Both the position numbers and the translations under genes were made by a program. Shown here one piece after another: positions 1-8,712 of a stretch of 64,000 nt of DNA (positions within the stretch are counted from its first letter, which is position 1; each line of letters opens with the position of its first letter). The stretch is taken from sequence record PP400781, one strand, 5' to 3'. Origin of the DNA: Escherichia phage FL20. Under the pieces are notes generated by a model. That model searched no databases. It worked only from the letters and a program-made list of their open reading frames with translations, and had not been told where the DNA came from.

Positions 1-411
1 TTCGAGTTCCATCATGATGGTACTTTCTATTCTCCGGGTAATGGTAACTTTAACGATGTTTATATTCGTTCTGATGACCGTCTTAAGATTAATAAAGAAG
101 AGTTAGAAAACGGAGCACTTGAAAAAGTATGCCGTCTGAAAGTTTATACTTACGATAAAGTTAAGTCTATTAAAGATCGTAGTGTGATTAAACGTGAAGC
201 TGGTATTATTGCTCAGGATCTTGAAAAAGAATTGCCGGAAGCTGTATCGAAAGTTGAAGTTGATGGATCTGACGTACTGACAATTTCTAACTCGGCAGTG
301 AATGCTCTTTTAATTAAGGCTATTCAGGAAATGAGTGAAGAAATTAAAGAATTGAAAACTCCTTTCTTTACTAAAATTGCTCGCAAAATTAGTAAATATT
401 TTAAATTCTAA
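1..411 (+). CDS. 37: Long tail fibre distal subunit gp37, C-terminal fragment (5' end outside window)
   Basis: Frame 1 is open from nt 1 to TAA at 409-411. Translation (FEFHHDGTFYSPGNG...SDDRLKINKEELENGALEKV...GIIAQDLEKELPEAV) resembles the C-terminal intramolecular chaperone domain of T-even fibre proteins; lies directly upstream of gp38. Confidence 0.75.
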   Translation, partial: FEFHHDGTFYSPGNGNFNDVYIRSDDRLKINKEELENGALEKVCRLKVYTYDKVKSIKDRSVIKREAGIIAQDLEKELPEAVSKVEVDGSDVLTISNSAVNALLIKAIQEMSEEIKELKTPFFTKIARKISKYFKF

Positions 412-448
412 CAACAAGGGGGCAACGCCCCCCTTTGGAGTATAAATT

Positions 449-1228
449 ATGGCAGTAGTTGGTGTTCCTGGTTGGATTGGAAGTTCAGCCGCAAATGAAA
501 CAGGGCAACGATGGATGAGTCAAGCGGCTGGTCAATTAAGATTGGGTGTTCCTTGCTGGATGAGTCAATTTGCAGGTCGCTCGCGAGAAATTATTCATAC
601 ACTTGGTGCAGACCATAACTTCAATGGTCAGTGGTTCCGTGATAGATGCTTTGAAGCAGGTAGTACACCTATAGTGTTTAATATCACTGGAGATTTAGTA
701 TCATATTCTAAAGATGTTCCTTTATTCTTTATGTACGGAGATACACCGAATGAATATGTTCAGTTGAATATACACGGCGTAACGATGTATGGACGTGGCG
801 GTAATGGCGGTAGCAATGGTCCTGGATCAGCCGGGGGGCATTGTATTCAAAATGATATTGGTGGGAGACTAAGAATTAATAATGGAGGTGCTATCGCTGG
901 CGGCGGTGGCGGTGGCGGTGGCGGTAACAGGGGTCGACTAGTATTTGGTGGTGGCGGTGGTCGCCCATTCGGTGCTGGTGGGTCTTCCTCGAATATGGGT
1001 TCTGGTGCAACCGCTGGCACTATTTACGCTCCGGGTCAAGGATCTGTTGGTTCGGGGTCTCTTAGTGCATATACAGGCGGTGCGGGCGGTAACGTTGGTG
1101 CTGCTGGAGGAAGATGTAATACTCACGGTAACGGTACAGAATATAACGGCGGAGCTGCTGGTTATGCTGTTATAGGGTCTGCTCCAACGTGGCAAAATCG
1201 CGGAGCTATTTACGGACCGGCTGTTTAG
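449..1228 (+). CDS. 38: Tail fibre adhesin gp38, T2/T6 type with glycine-rich motifs
   Basis: 259 aa; conserved N-terminus ([13 protein letters not shown]...[53 protein letters not shown]) then poly-Gly blocks separating short variable segments, as in T2-type gp38; position after gp37. Confidence 0.85.
   Translation: MAVVGVPGWIGSSAANETGQRWMSQAAGQLRLGVPCWMSQFAGRSREIIHTLGADHNFNGQWFRDRCFEAGSTPIVFNITGDLVSYSKDVPLFFMYGDTPNEYVQLNIHGVTMYGRGGNGGSNGPGSAGGHCIQNDIGGRLRINNGGAIAGGGGGGGGGNRGRLVFGGGGGRPFGAGGSSSNMGSGATAGTIYAPGQGSVGSGSLSAYTGGAGGNVGAAGGRCNTHGNGTEYNGGAAGYAVIGSAPTWQNRGAIYGPAV
895..930 (+). repeat. GGC/GGT codon microsatellite encoding a poly-glycine run in gp38
   Basis: Sequence gctggcggcggtggcggtggcggtggcggtaac read directly; encodes GGGGGGGGG. 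Confidence 0.7.
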
Positions 1229-1291
1229 ACGCAATTATAAAAAGAATTAAGGAAACTCCCACGGAAGGGAACTACTAAGGAGAAAACGGCT

Positions 1292-1531
1292 ATGGTCTAT
1301 AATATCGTCATTGGTGCTTTGTCTAATTTCGGAATGAAACTATTGTCAAAGTTAATTAGTGAAAAGATGCTCACTAAAATTTTCTTCTATTGCGCTCGTC
1401 GTCTTGCGGCTTATACCAACACGCCAATTGATGATCGTTTTGTGGAAGAACTTTATAAGGAGTTTAATAAAGATCAGTCAGAAGATAGCAACGAGCAAAA
1501 TAAAAATAGTGATAGTCAAGTACCTAAATAA
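1292..1531 (+). CDS. Hypothetical small protein between 38 and t
   Basis: 79-aa ORF with AAGGAG RBS 7 nt upstream of ATG; acidic C-terminus; no recognised homolog. Confidence 0.4.
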   Translation: MVYNIVIGALSNFGMKLLSKLISEKMLTKIFFYCARRLAAYTNTPIDDRFVEELYKEFNKDQSEDSNEQNKNSDSQVPK

Positions 1532-1564
1532 GAGTACACTGTCATAGTTATCTTAGGGCATTAT

Positions 1565-2221
1565 ATGCAAGTTTCTGAAAAAGGGAAAGACTTTTCTATC
1601 TCAAATGTCCTGCGCGCTATTTTCACAACTAAAAGCACGGAGTTGCTCGTACTTCGTGTTTTTGCTGCCGTCGTGTTGTCCATATTAGCATTTGTCGTTT
1701 ATAGTAAAAACGAGTTATTTGCCTTGTATAAAGAGACTCGTTATGAGACTTATGCTCACGTTCTCCAGGTAGAGAAAGACCGCAATTTTGATAATGCAGC
1801 ACAGGAGCAGTTACAGATAGTTCATGTGTCGGCTGATGCCGATTTTTCTGCTGTTTTTAGTTTTCGTCCGAAAAACCTAAACTATTTTGTTGATTTGGTG
1901 GCATATGAAGGAAAGCTACCGCATACAATCGATGAAAAAAATTTAGGCGGATTCCCTATCAATAAAACGAGTGAAGAATATCGTAGGCATCTTTTAGGTA
2001 AATCCTATTTTACCGATAAAGATTTCCAGTATATTCCATCAAGAGAAAAGAAATTAGAGAGTATCGATATAGGGTTTATGTATTCTTGTCCTATATTCAA
2101 TCTCGATAATGTCTATTCTGGTAGTATCTCCATTGCATGGAAGAATAAACCGGATATTGACATTGAGAATTTAGATACTCTTTGCAATCAATCTGCCAGA
2201 ATCCTCGGAAGGATTAGATAA
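1565..2221 (+). CDS. t: Holin t (lysis inhibition-sensitive holin)
   Basis: 218 aa, same length as T4 T; conserved blocks (YKETRYETY, LEQLQIVHVSADADFSAVFSFRPKNLNYFVDLVAYEGKLP, MYSCPIFNLDNVYSG, ARILGR); single N-terminal TM segment. Confidence 0.9.
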   Translation: MQVSEKGKDFSISNVLRAIFTTKSTELLVLRVFAAVVLSILAFVVYSKNELFALYKETRYETYAHVLQVEKDRNFDNAAQEQLQIVHVSADADFSAVFSFRPKNLNYFVDLVAYEGKLPHTIDEKNLGGFPINKTSEEYRRHLLGKSYFTDKDFQYIPSREKKLESIDIGFMYSCPIFNLDNVYSGSISIAWKNKPDIDIENLDTLCNQSARILGRIR

Positions 2222-2225
2222 CTTA

Positions 2226-2262
2226 AAGGGGAAGCCTTTCGGCCTCCCCCTTCTTTTTATTG
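2226..2262 (+). terminator. Rho-independent terminator after t
   Basis: GC-rich hairpin ggggaagcc-tttc-ggcctcccc (one mismatch) followed by cttcttttta T-run. Confidence 0.6.
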
Positions 2263-2505
2263 GCGCATAGAAGCCCCTGAATCACATTTTGACGCTGTAT
2301 GATGAAAACATGTAGCGTACCAGTCATCGGCTTGTTTGTCTTCGTCAGAAAACGCGTAATTTCGTTGTATGCCGTTTTCTACTTTGACCAGTGCAATAGC
2401 TGTTTCTGGAAGATCAATCAATCGGACAAAATCACCATCTTCCCACTCTACACGAGCAATATCATAGCCCATCTCAAAGTATACAATCGCTTGTTCTAAT
2501 TTCAT
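2257..2505 (-). CDS. Hypothetical protein (position of asiA in T4 but no recognisable similarity)
   Basis: 82-aa ORF, first minus-strand gene after t; does not resemble the remembered AsiA sequence. Confidence 0.4.
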   Translation of the reverse strand: MKLEQAIVYFEMGYDIARVEWEDGDFVRLIDLPETAIALVKVENGIQRNYAFSDEDKQADDWYATCFHHTASKCDSGASMRQ

Positions 2506-2831
2506 TCTGGAAACTTCCCGTAAACATTCTCTGCCAGCTTACGTGCATCTTTTACAATATCTTTCATGTAATGACTATAATTTTTAGCTAGATCAATGAT
2601 ACAATCAACAAAGAAGTAATAGCGTCGCAGTGCTACCAGCTCAACATCTTCAAGATGACCATTTTCTCCAATCGCTGAAATATGTTTAAATTCCTTTCGG
2701 ATCGCGTCCATCGCTACATTAACTTCTTTTATAATATCTTTCGTATTATATGCACCTCGACTAATCAAAATTTTGGTTAGGTCTTCTGCTTTTTCGTGAA
2801 AGTTGTCAATTTCAAACTCGATCATAATCAC
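2502..2831 (-). CDS. Hypothetical protein, paralog of 2940..3272
   Basis: 109 aa; C-terminal ...KLAENVYGKFPE matches ...RIMTENIFGKF of the neighbouring ORF. Confidence 0.5.
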   Translation of the reverse strand: MIMIEFEIDNFHEKAEDLTKILISRGAYNTKDIIKEVNVAMDAIRKEFKHISAIGENGHLEDVELVALRRYYFFVDCIIDLAKNYSHYMKDIVKDARKLAENVYGKFPE

Positions 2832-2939
2832 CTCTCATAGTTTCACGCTGTTGTTTCAACATTTTTTCGTGGTTTGCTAATTCTATACCTTGTAATAGCA
2901 TAACCAGTGCAATTTTCAATGATTCATCATCTTTCATAA

Positions 2940-3272
2940 TCAAAATTTACCGAAAATATTCTCTGTCATAATTCTTGCTTCGTCGATTATTTTCGTCATG
3001 TTCATGGTGTAGTTATGATCATTTAGTGCCTTAATGACAACGAGCAAGGAATCTAAAAACACTCGATACCGTGTATATTCTACGCTATTTGTGAATACCG
3101 ATGTTTTCTCTACTTTATCGATCAGATAGCCTAAAGCCGATAGCGCCTCGTTTACTTCCCTTGTTACTTTATCGGCGCTAAACAACACCGGATAAAGACG
3201 CGGTGTGATTAACCGCGCTGCCTCTTTCAATTCGGTCGCTTTCCATGATTCATATTTGTCATAATTAAACAT
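2940..3272 (-). CDS. Hypothetical protein, paralog of 2502..2831
   Basis: 110 aa; shared C-terminal motif with the adjacent ORF. Confidence 0.5.
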   Translation of the reverse strand: MFNYDKYESWKATELKEAARLITPRLYPVLFSADKVTREVNEALSALGYLIDKVEKTSVFTNSVEYTRYRVFLDSLLVVIKALNDHNYTMNMTKIIDEARIMTENIFGKF

Positions 3273-3284
3273 TGTATAATGTCC

Positions 3285-3617
3285 TTACAGATGAAAACCT
3301 GTTACAATCACCGCATCGATCATACCGCTAGGAATAAACGGTTCACCCTCTTTTATTTCAACTTTGAATTGATGCCATTTCGCTAATACTTCTTCCGGTA
3401 CACCCAGCGATTCGGCGTCTGCTTTGGTGTCATCTGTCACCCATTCCGGCTTCATGAGAGCATAGTTTACATAGTCCATTTCTGGTGTCATGTCATCAAT
3501 GTTAATATATTTGCAGTTGACGCGTTTCAGAATTTCAAATTCTTTATTATCAACCTGTACCATGTATAATTCAGTAGTTTCTGGAATCAGTTCCCACACA
3601 ATCAGTACATTTTTCAT
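3285..3617 (-). CDS. Hypothetical protein
   Basis: 110-aa ORF tightly packed in the minus-strand array. Confidence 0.45.
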   Translation of the reverse strand: MKNVLIVWELIPETTELYMVQVDNKEFEILKRVNCKYINIDDMTPEMDYVNYALMKPEWVTDDTKADAESLGVPEEVLAKWHQFKVEIKEGEPFIPSGMIDAVIVTGFHL

Positions 3618-3625
3618 AGTTCACC

Positions 3626-3994
3626 TCACTTAACAAAGATTTTCTTTAATGCTTTCAGGATCGTTGCTTCCGGCGCTTCTTCCGGTGGAGGAAGCAATTC
3701 TACCACTTCCTCTTCCAACTCGATATAGTCTACCAGATATTCTACATAGAATGCAAGTGCTTCCATGAAATTAGATGCTACATCCGATTCACCACACGCG
3801 CCTACATGCATTGTATAAACATCACTGCGATCAAGTTTGTGAATACTCCCCAGATAGTTCCGGTTATACCAGACTTCCCACACTTTCAGCTTTCCGGTTT
3901 TGGTTGATGTTTTATAATCGGTTTCGTAATGATGCAATTGACGTTGCAAATCATTGATAATAACACATTTTTCGTAATTGTTTTGAATTTCCAT
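3626..3994 (-). CDS. Hypothetical protein
   Basis: 122-aa ORF; acidic C-terminal tail (EEEVVELLPPPEEAPE). Confidence 0.45.
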   Translation of the reverse strand: MEIQNNYEKCVIINDLQRQLHHYETDYKTSTKTGKLKVWEVWYNRNYLGSIHKLDRSDVYTMHVGACGESDVASNFMEALAFYVEYLVDYIELEEEVVELLPPPEEAPEATILKALKKIFVK

Positions 3995-4004
3995 GATGTA
4001 ATCC

Positions 4005-4196
4005 TCACTTATCGTTAAGAAGTTCTAAAACTTTCTGTCGTACTTTGTCAATATTAGTTGATTCAAAAACTGTACGGTATCCCCAGCTTTGACCGTATGA
4101 TCGCGAGCAATCCCCATATCCCCATTGTTCAACCTGATAGTATTCAAGGAATGGGTGCTGCCGAACTATGATACCATCGCGATTAAAAATTACCAT
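4005..4196 (-). CDS. Hypothetical small protein
   Basis: 63-aa ORF in array. Confidence 0.35.
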   Translation of the reverse strand: MVIFNRDGIIVRQHPFLEYYQVEQWGYGDCSRSYGQSWGYRTVFESTNIDKVRQKVLELLNDK

Positions 4197-4219
4197 AATA
4201 TAATCCTCACGTCAACAAC

Positions 4220-4507
4220 TTATTTTCTGTTGTGGTCACGATATGTTTTAAAATATCCCTCGTACCACGGTAAAACATCTGGATTTTTACCACTATACAG
4301 ACCTTTAACCATCATGTCAATAAGGCCATCTGGTGTTTGATAGTTTCCAGCTTTTATAAGCTCTCTGATTAAAATCTCTCTGTATATGTCTTTAGGATCT
4401 TCGTAATCAACTTGTATTGTGGTTGTGGTCTCATTCAATTTGGTTTCTGGAGTATCTCGCATCGCCTTCCACCAATCTTTTGTAATCTTCATGTTATTGA
4501 ATTGCAT
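4220..4507 (-). CDS. Hypothetical protein
   Basis: 95-aa ORF in array. Confidence 0.4.
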   Translation of the reverse strand: MQFNNMKITKDWWKAMRDTPETKLNETTTTIQVDYEDPKDIYREILIRELIKAGNYQTPDGLIDMMVKGLYSGKNPDVLPWYEGYFKTYRDHNRK

Positions 4508-4518
4508 AATTTAACCTC

Positions 4519-5277
4519 TTACTTGCAAACGTATTGATCTACATCAATTGCGCCACCGAATGTAGGATGACGTTTTTCAAATCGAATAGTTCCGTCGTTT
4601 GGTTCGAAAACGGAGTATTCATATAGATCTTTCTTGCCAACATTCTTATAAAACCCGCCTTTCGTCATAACGGTTTCTTGTACGTTTGCTTTGTGTACGT
4701 TGTATTCGTCAATGTATACAAAATCAACCATCTTCCCATTTTTAATGGTTACTTTAAGATCTCCTGGTTGATTTCCATATTTGGCATACAGTGGCGCTTC
4801 TTTAATTTTTGTGGAAATTCCATCTTTCATACTCCACTCATAACGAACGGTGCATTGATAGGTAAAAGTTTCGACCTTCGGTTCTTCCACCACTTTTTCT
4901 TCCTGTTTCGGTTGTTCTTCTTCAACCTTCACAGAAGTCTCTGAATCGCTTTCTGACGCGGTTTCTTCTTTAGGTAATACATTCATCAAATTTTGGATTT
5001 GAGCGTTGTATACAGCCTCCAGTGGCTGGATCTGCCCGATATTGATCATTGTATCACGAACAGTTTTATTCCAGTTGAGTTGCTCTTGTTTAAGAGACGG
5101 ATCAATCTTAACAGCCTTAACATATACTTCATGAAGTTTCGAATCCAGTGCGGAGATTGACTCATTAGCACAAATAAACTTCTCTGATTTGGTAGTGGCT
5201 TTAGCGCAATCAAAGGACGCAGCATTAGCACCGAAAGCAGTAGCGGAAAGAACGATAGCAGCGATAATGTTTTTCAT
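4519..5277 (-). CDS. Secreted protein with LprI/DUF1311-like N-terminal domain (lysozyme-inhibitor-like)
   Basis: 252 aa; signal peptide MKNIIAAIVLSATAFGANA; then C-x10-C ... LDSKLHEVY ... QLNWNK pattern typical of DUF1311; Glu/Lys-rich linker; own promoter at about 5312-5340. Confidence 0.55.
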   Translation of the reverse strand: MKNIIAAIVLSATAFGANAASFDCAKATTKSEKFICANESISALDSKLHEVYVKAVKIDPSLKQEQLNWNKTVRDTMINIGQIQPLEAVYNAQIQNLMNVLPKEETASESDSETSVKVEEEQPKQEEKVVEEPKVETFTYQCTVRYEWSMKDGISTKIKEAPLYAKYGNQPGDLKVTIKNGKMVDFVYIDEYNVHKANVQETVMTKGGFYKNVGKKDLYEYSVFEPNDGTIRFEKRHPTFGGAIDVDQYVCK

Positions 5278-5311
5278 AATATATTCCTCAATGTTTTGTC
5301 TTGATGGGAGT

Positions 5312-5340
5312 ATCTTACTACTCCCTTAATCCGGTGTCAA
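5312..5340 (-). promoter_or_regulatory. Sigma70-type early promoter with dyad spacer
   Basis: Minus strand reads TTGACA-ccggattaagggagtag-TAAGAT; inverted repeat gggagta/tactccc spans the spacer and -10. Confidence 0.55.
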
Positions 5341-5346
5341 CTATTT

Positions 5347-5502
5347 TTAAATTTCTTCTACAGTAAAGTCTTCAATGTTATTGTGCTCGGAGAACGTTGC
5401 CAGACCAGCATTCCATGCATCATCCTCAGAGAAGAATACACCGTAACGTTCATATCCTTTAGCGCCTTCAAATTTAACCATTAATTTGTGAGTATGTTTC
5501 AT
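5347..5502 (-). CDS. Hypothetical small protein (51 aa)
   Basis: ATG at 5500-5502 preceded by AAGGAGAATCAAA leader; the longer track ORF 5347..5565 would run through its own promoter. Confidence 0.4.
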   Translation of the reverse strand: MKHTHKLMVKFEGAKGYERYGVFFSEDDAWNAGLATFSEHNNIEDFTVEEI

Positions 5503-5533
5503 TTTGATTCTCCTTCGTTGTCTTGATGAGTTC

Positions 5534-5562
5534 ATTGTAGGGGATCGGCGATCCCCTGTCAA
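5534..5562 (-). promoter_or_regulatory. Sigma70-type early promoter with GATC-containing palindromic spacer
   Basis: TTGACA-ggggatcgccgatcccc-TACAAT on minus strand. Confidence 0.55.
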
Positions 5563-5572
5563 CAACTATTTT

Positions 5573-5785
5573 TTAATTTTTACCCGCTCGTGCATTAATA
5601 AGCATTTTCTGAATAGCCATGATCTGGCTTACTGCTTCTTCTTTACGTTCTTGCGTGATAACGTGACCAGATTCCGCAAACTCTCCAGCAACTTCTTCTA
5701 CGATCTCGCGAACTTGAGAACGTCCAAAGATGCGGTTTCCTTCGTAGCTCATAAATTCTGTTACTACTTGCTCGATAGATTTCAT
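5573..5785 (-). CDS. Hypothetical small protein (70 aa)
   Basis: ATG at 5783-5785 with AGGAGAATCAC RBS; track ORF extends upstream through the promoter. Confidence 0.45.
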   Translation of the reverse strand: MKSIEQVVTEFMSYEGNRIFGRSQVREIVEEVAGEFAESGHVITQERKEEAVSQIMAIQKMLINARAGKN

Positions 5786-5814
5786 GTGATTCTCCTTTCG
5801 TTTGGTATGGGAGT

Positions 5815-5843
5815 ATAATACTACTCCCATGCCTTTACGTCAA
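5815..5843 (-). promoter_or_regulatory. Sigma70-type early promoter with dyad spacer
   Basis: TTGACG-17-TATTAT; gggagta/tactccc inverted repeat over the -10. Confidence 0.5.
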
Positions 5844-5846
5844 CAA

Positions 5847-6008
5847 CTATTTTAAATTATTTTCGACCTTCACCCATTCCGCGTATTCTTGCGCGGCTAC
5901 TTTCGGATTTAGTCCGTCTTCGTACATTGCATCAAGTAATTCTTTGTCGGTGGGCTTATACCCTAGATAAGCCTCCACCTGATTTTTCCAAATTTTATAC
6001 CAGTTCAT
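5847..6008 (-). CDS. Hypothetical small protein (53 aa)
   Basis: Internal ATG at 6006-6008 just after the stop of the upstream ORF. Confidence 0.35.
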   Translation of the reverse strand: MNWYKIWKNQVEAYLGYKPTDKELLDAMYEDGLNPKVAAQEYAEWVKVENNLK

Positions 6009-6012
6009 ATTA

Positions 6013-6216
6013 TCACCAGTCAAGAGCGCGTGTCTCTGCGTCTTCCCATGCTTGGTCCATAACAGCCTTGAAAACATATTCTAAAGTATCATCTTTAGAG
6101 AATCCGAAGACCTTAGACGGGATATCTTCAATTGCTACTCCAGCAACTTCTGCATTACGCGCTTGGCAATAATGCAACTCTAAGTTATCGAGATAGCGAC
6201 CGCCTAATTTCTCCAT
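6013..6216 (-). CDS. Hypothetical small protein
   Basis: 67-aa ORF; promoter TTGACT-17-CATAAT at about 6318-6344 upstream. Confidence 0.4.
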   Translation of the reverse strand: MEKLGGRYLDNLELHYCQARNAEVAGVAIEDIPSKVFGFSKDDTLEYVFKAVMDQAWEDAETRALDW

Positions 6217-6356
6217 ATCATCCCAGCATTCCAGTAACCTACTTTATTTGCAATTGCTAACACTTTGCTGTTTTCGTTGCACATCTTTGATTCTCCTTTT
6301 GTTTGGTGTGTGTGTATTATGCAATGTTGGATTCTGTAAGTCAACAACTTTTTAAA

Positions 6357-6384
6357 ATAAAAAAGCCGACCACACGGATCGGCT
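6357..6384 (-). terminator. Rho-independent terminator
   Basis: Minus strand: agccgatccgtgtggtcggct hairpin followed by tttttatttt. Confidence 0.6.
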
Positions 6385-6394
6385 TAATAATCAG

Positions 6395-6790
6395 TTACTT
6401 ACTAAATTTCTTTTTGGCTTCGTCTACCGCATGAGATGCCAGTACCGCAGCCGCATGTGCACTTTTATCTGTGTTGCAGAGAACGCCCAGATAAACATCA
6501 CGCCAAAGTTTAATCATCTCGTAGATCATATCAATATCATTTTCTTGTTTGTTGGCGATGCTATTCGTCGTTATCTGGTAAGGTAACGGCTTGATCTGTA
6601 CTGGTTCCGCCATCGGGCTAATCGGTTTCGGATCAGTCATAATAGGTGCTGTTGTGGGTGGTGTTTTCCATACACCATTATTCCACGGTTTAATCGTTGT
6701 GTCGTAAAGTTTATAAGGATTTTTGTCTGGGTCAACCATCCATGCATGATGAGTACCCAAACCATTTGAAGTGATGCGTCGTTCAGTCAT
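6395..6790 (-). CDS. Hypothetical protein
   Basis: 131-aa ORF; Pro/Thr-rich middle. Confidence 0.45.
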   Translation of the reverse strand: MTERRITSNGLGTHHAWMVDPDKNPYKLYDTTIKPWNNGVWKTPPTTAPIMTDPKPISPMAEPVQIKPLPYQITTNSIANKQENDIDMIYEMIKLWRDVYLGVLCNTDKSAHAAAVLASHAVDEAKKKFSK

Positions 6791-6793
6791 AAT

Positions 6794-6997
6794 TTATTTC
6801 CTCTCTGAAAATTCTTTCATCAAGCTGTCGATCTTTGCTCTGTGTTCTGGTGTGTTTGTCATCTCTGCTAATTTGCTCAGAGATTCACTGGTGATCCGGT
6901 TGGATTCTTCCAGTGTTTCAACGACAATTGGCACAATCTTTTTATTGTTGTACAGAAATGCAATATAACCGCCTTCTGGATATTCTTTCATAATCAA
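6794..6997 (-). CDS. Hypothetical small protein
   Basis: 67-aa ORF; start overlaps the gp52 stop. Confidence 0.4.
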   Translation of the reverse strand: MIMKEYPEGGYIAFLYNNKKIVPIVVETLEESNRITSESLSKLAEMTNTPEHRAKIDSLMKEFSERK

Positions 6998-8340
6998 CCC
7001 TTCTTAAGTTCTTTAAGATCTTTCTTATATTCCTTCATTGCGGTCGTCTTTGTCCAATACTCATATTCACTATGATGTTTATCGGCATCTTTGACCAGTC
7101 GATCATACTCTTCTTGAGTAACGCTATACAATGGCATAGAAACTAGCTTATCGGCGTATGGACGCAGTTTTTCATGTCCATTGATGGATTGCATTACCTC
7201 GGCCTTTTTCTTTCCCTGTAGCTCGATTTCGCCCTTAATTACGCGATCGATAAATTCGGCTTTAGCCATTGCATAATTGTATGCTTCCAGCGTTTCCGCT
7301 TGCATCAATTCAATGCGTTTATCGACATACACTAATCGGATTTCGACGAATCGACGGATCAGATCGCTCGCTTTCTCGAATACTTCTACTAAACCACGTT
7401 CATTAACCACTACGATATTCTGGGCTACTAACTGCGTTAGTTTAAAATCCTTCATGATTTGCTCATGTCGAGCGGATTCATCTTCGCTTTTGAAATAATC
7501 GCGTTTCAGTGTTACTTCAAATCTGAATCCATCCTTAGAGCAACGGTCATTATATGAGACAATCAGATCTTTTTCTTCCAGTGCATCCAGTACCGCTACA
7601 TATTCTTCACGGTCGAACTTATAAGGAACTTCTGATATTGTCAGTTTAGTCTTGCCGTTTAGTTCATATGTACCCTCAAGAATCACACCATCGCGATCAT
7701 CTCGCGGGATAACTTTACCCGTGAATTTCGGGAATTGAACATTAGGTTCTTTATCCAGTTTTCCGGCAAGTGCTAGCTCTGTGCATTCAATGAGGCTTTC
7801 CAGTGAATGCGGTAAAATGTCAGTTTTATACCCTGAAGCAATACCACTAATACCATTAGCCAATACCATTGGCACAACTGGCAAGTAGAACGCTGGCGGG
7901 ATGTGTTCCAGATCTTCGTGCTTAGGTGCGCAATTCATATCTTTATAGATTTTAAAGAAGTTTTCATGCACACGAGCAAAGATATAACGTGCCGCTCCTG
8001 CTTTCTGGACTAAACGAGATCCGAAGTTACCTTGACCGTCAAGCAGTGGAGTATTATTGCTCCATGTATTCGCCATGAGTGATCCGGCTTCTACGGCATT
8101 AGTTTCGCCGTGGTGATACCCCAATTCAGCAACACCAGATCCAATATCTGCCATCTTACGGAATTTCTTACGGTCGCCTTTACTCTTTTGCAAAGCACAT
8201 TCCATAACAAAGCGTTGCACTGGTTTAAGCCCATCCACTAATTGAGGAATCCCGCGTTCCTCGGCAGAATAGATCGCATATTCCTTAGCTTCATTATGTA
8301 CAATGCTTTCAAGGCTGCGGTAAGTAACTGATTTATTCAT
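6994..8340 (-). CDS. 52: DNA topoisomerase II medium subunit gp52 (GyrA-like)
   Basis: GLKPVQRF, DGQGNFGS, ARYIFAR, YLPVVP motifs collinear with T4 gp52; ATG at 8338-8340 with GAGGTGA RBS (track start 8355 is GTG). Confidence 0.9.
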   Translation of the reverse strand: MNKSVTYRSLESIVHNEAKEYAIYSAEERGIPQLVDGLKPVQRFVMECALQKSKGDRKKFRKMADIGSGVAELGYHHGETNAVEAGSLMANTWSNNTPLLDGQGNFGSRLVQKAGAARYIFARVHENFFKIYKDMNCAPKHEDLEHIPPAFYLPVVPMVLANGISGIASGYKTDILPHSLESLIECTELALAGKLDKEPNVQFPKFTGKVIPRDDRDGVILEGTYELNGKTKLTISEVPYKFDREEYVAVLDALEEKDLIVSYNDRCSKDGFRFEVTLKRDYFKSEDESARHEQIMKDFKLTQLVAQNIVVVNERGLVEVFEKASDLIRRFVEIRLVYVDKRIELMQAETLEAYNYAMAKAEFIDRVIKGEIELQGKKKAEVMQSINGHEKLRPYADKLVSMPLYSVTQEEYDRLVKDADKHHSEYEYWTKTTAMKEYKKDLKELKKG

Positions 8341-8347
8341 CTTCACC

Positions 8348-8710
8348 TCATACACGCTTACAAATCACATTCTTTACTTTATCAGATTTATCAGCCCAAT
8401 CCAATAGCCATTTTAACGGAAGGATTGACACAATAAACGGGGCAGCAATCAAAGCAAACATGATACACCTGATAATCAGGAAAACGCAAGTGACAAAACT
8501 AGCGATAGTGATCCCGACAAAACAAAATACCATAGAAAACAGAGTAATGATATAGAAAGGCCAGAATACCCACTCCCGCATCTTAACGCCTTTGTATTCT
8601 CTGAATTGCTTAAAATCTACAAACAACTCTCGGATAGACGCGTACAGGACCGAAAAATCATCTTTCATTGCTCTGAATGAGCAATCTTCTATTTTAGAAT
8701 GACCTAGCAT
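8348..8710 (-). CDS. Hypothetical membrane protein
   Basis: 120-aa ORF with two or three hydrophobic helices (WVFWPFYIITLFSMVFCFVGITIASFV...). Confidence 0.45.
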   Translation of the reverse strand: MLGHSKIEDCSFRAMKDDFSVLYASIRELFVDFKQFREYKGVKMREWVFWPFYIITLFSMVFCFVGITIASFVTCVFLIIRCIMFALIAAPFIVSILPLKWLLDWADKSDKVKNVICKRV

Positions 8711-8712
8711 TA

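Noticed and set aside
440-447. TATAAATT just upstream of the gp38 ATG considered as a T4 late promoter (TATAAATA)
   Set aside because: It is only 1-2 nt from the start codon, so a transcript initiating there could not include the RBS; more likely part of the RBS-proximal sequence.
895-930. GGC/GGT repeat considered as a possible CRISPR or other repeat array
   Set aside because: It is a short in-frame codon microsatellite inside gp38 encoding poly-Gly; no spacer and repeat architecture.
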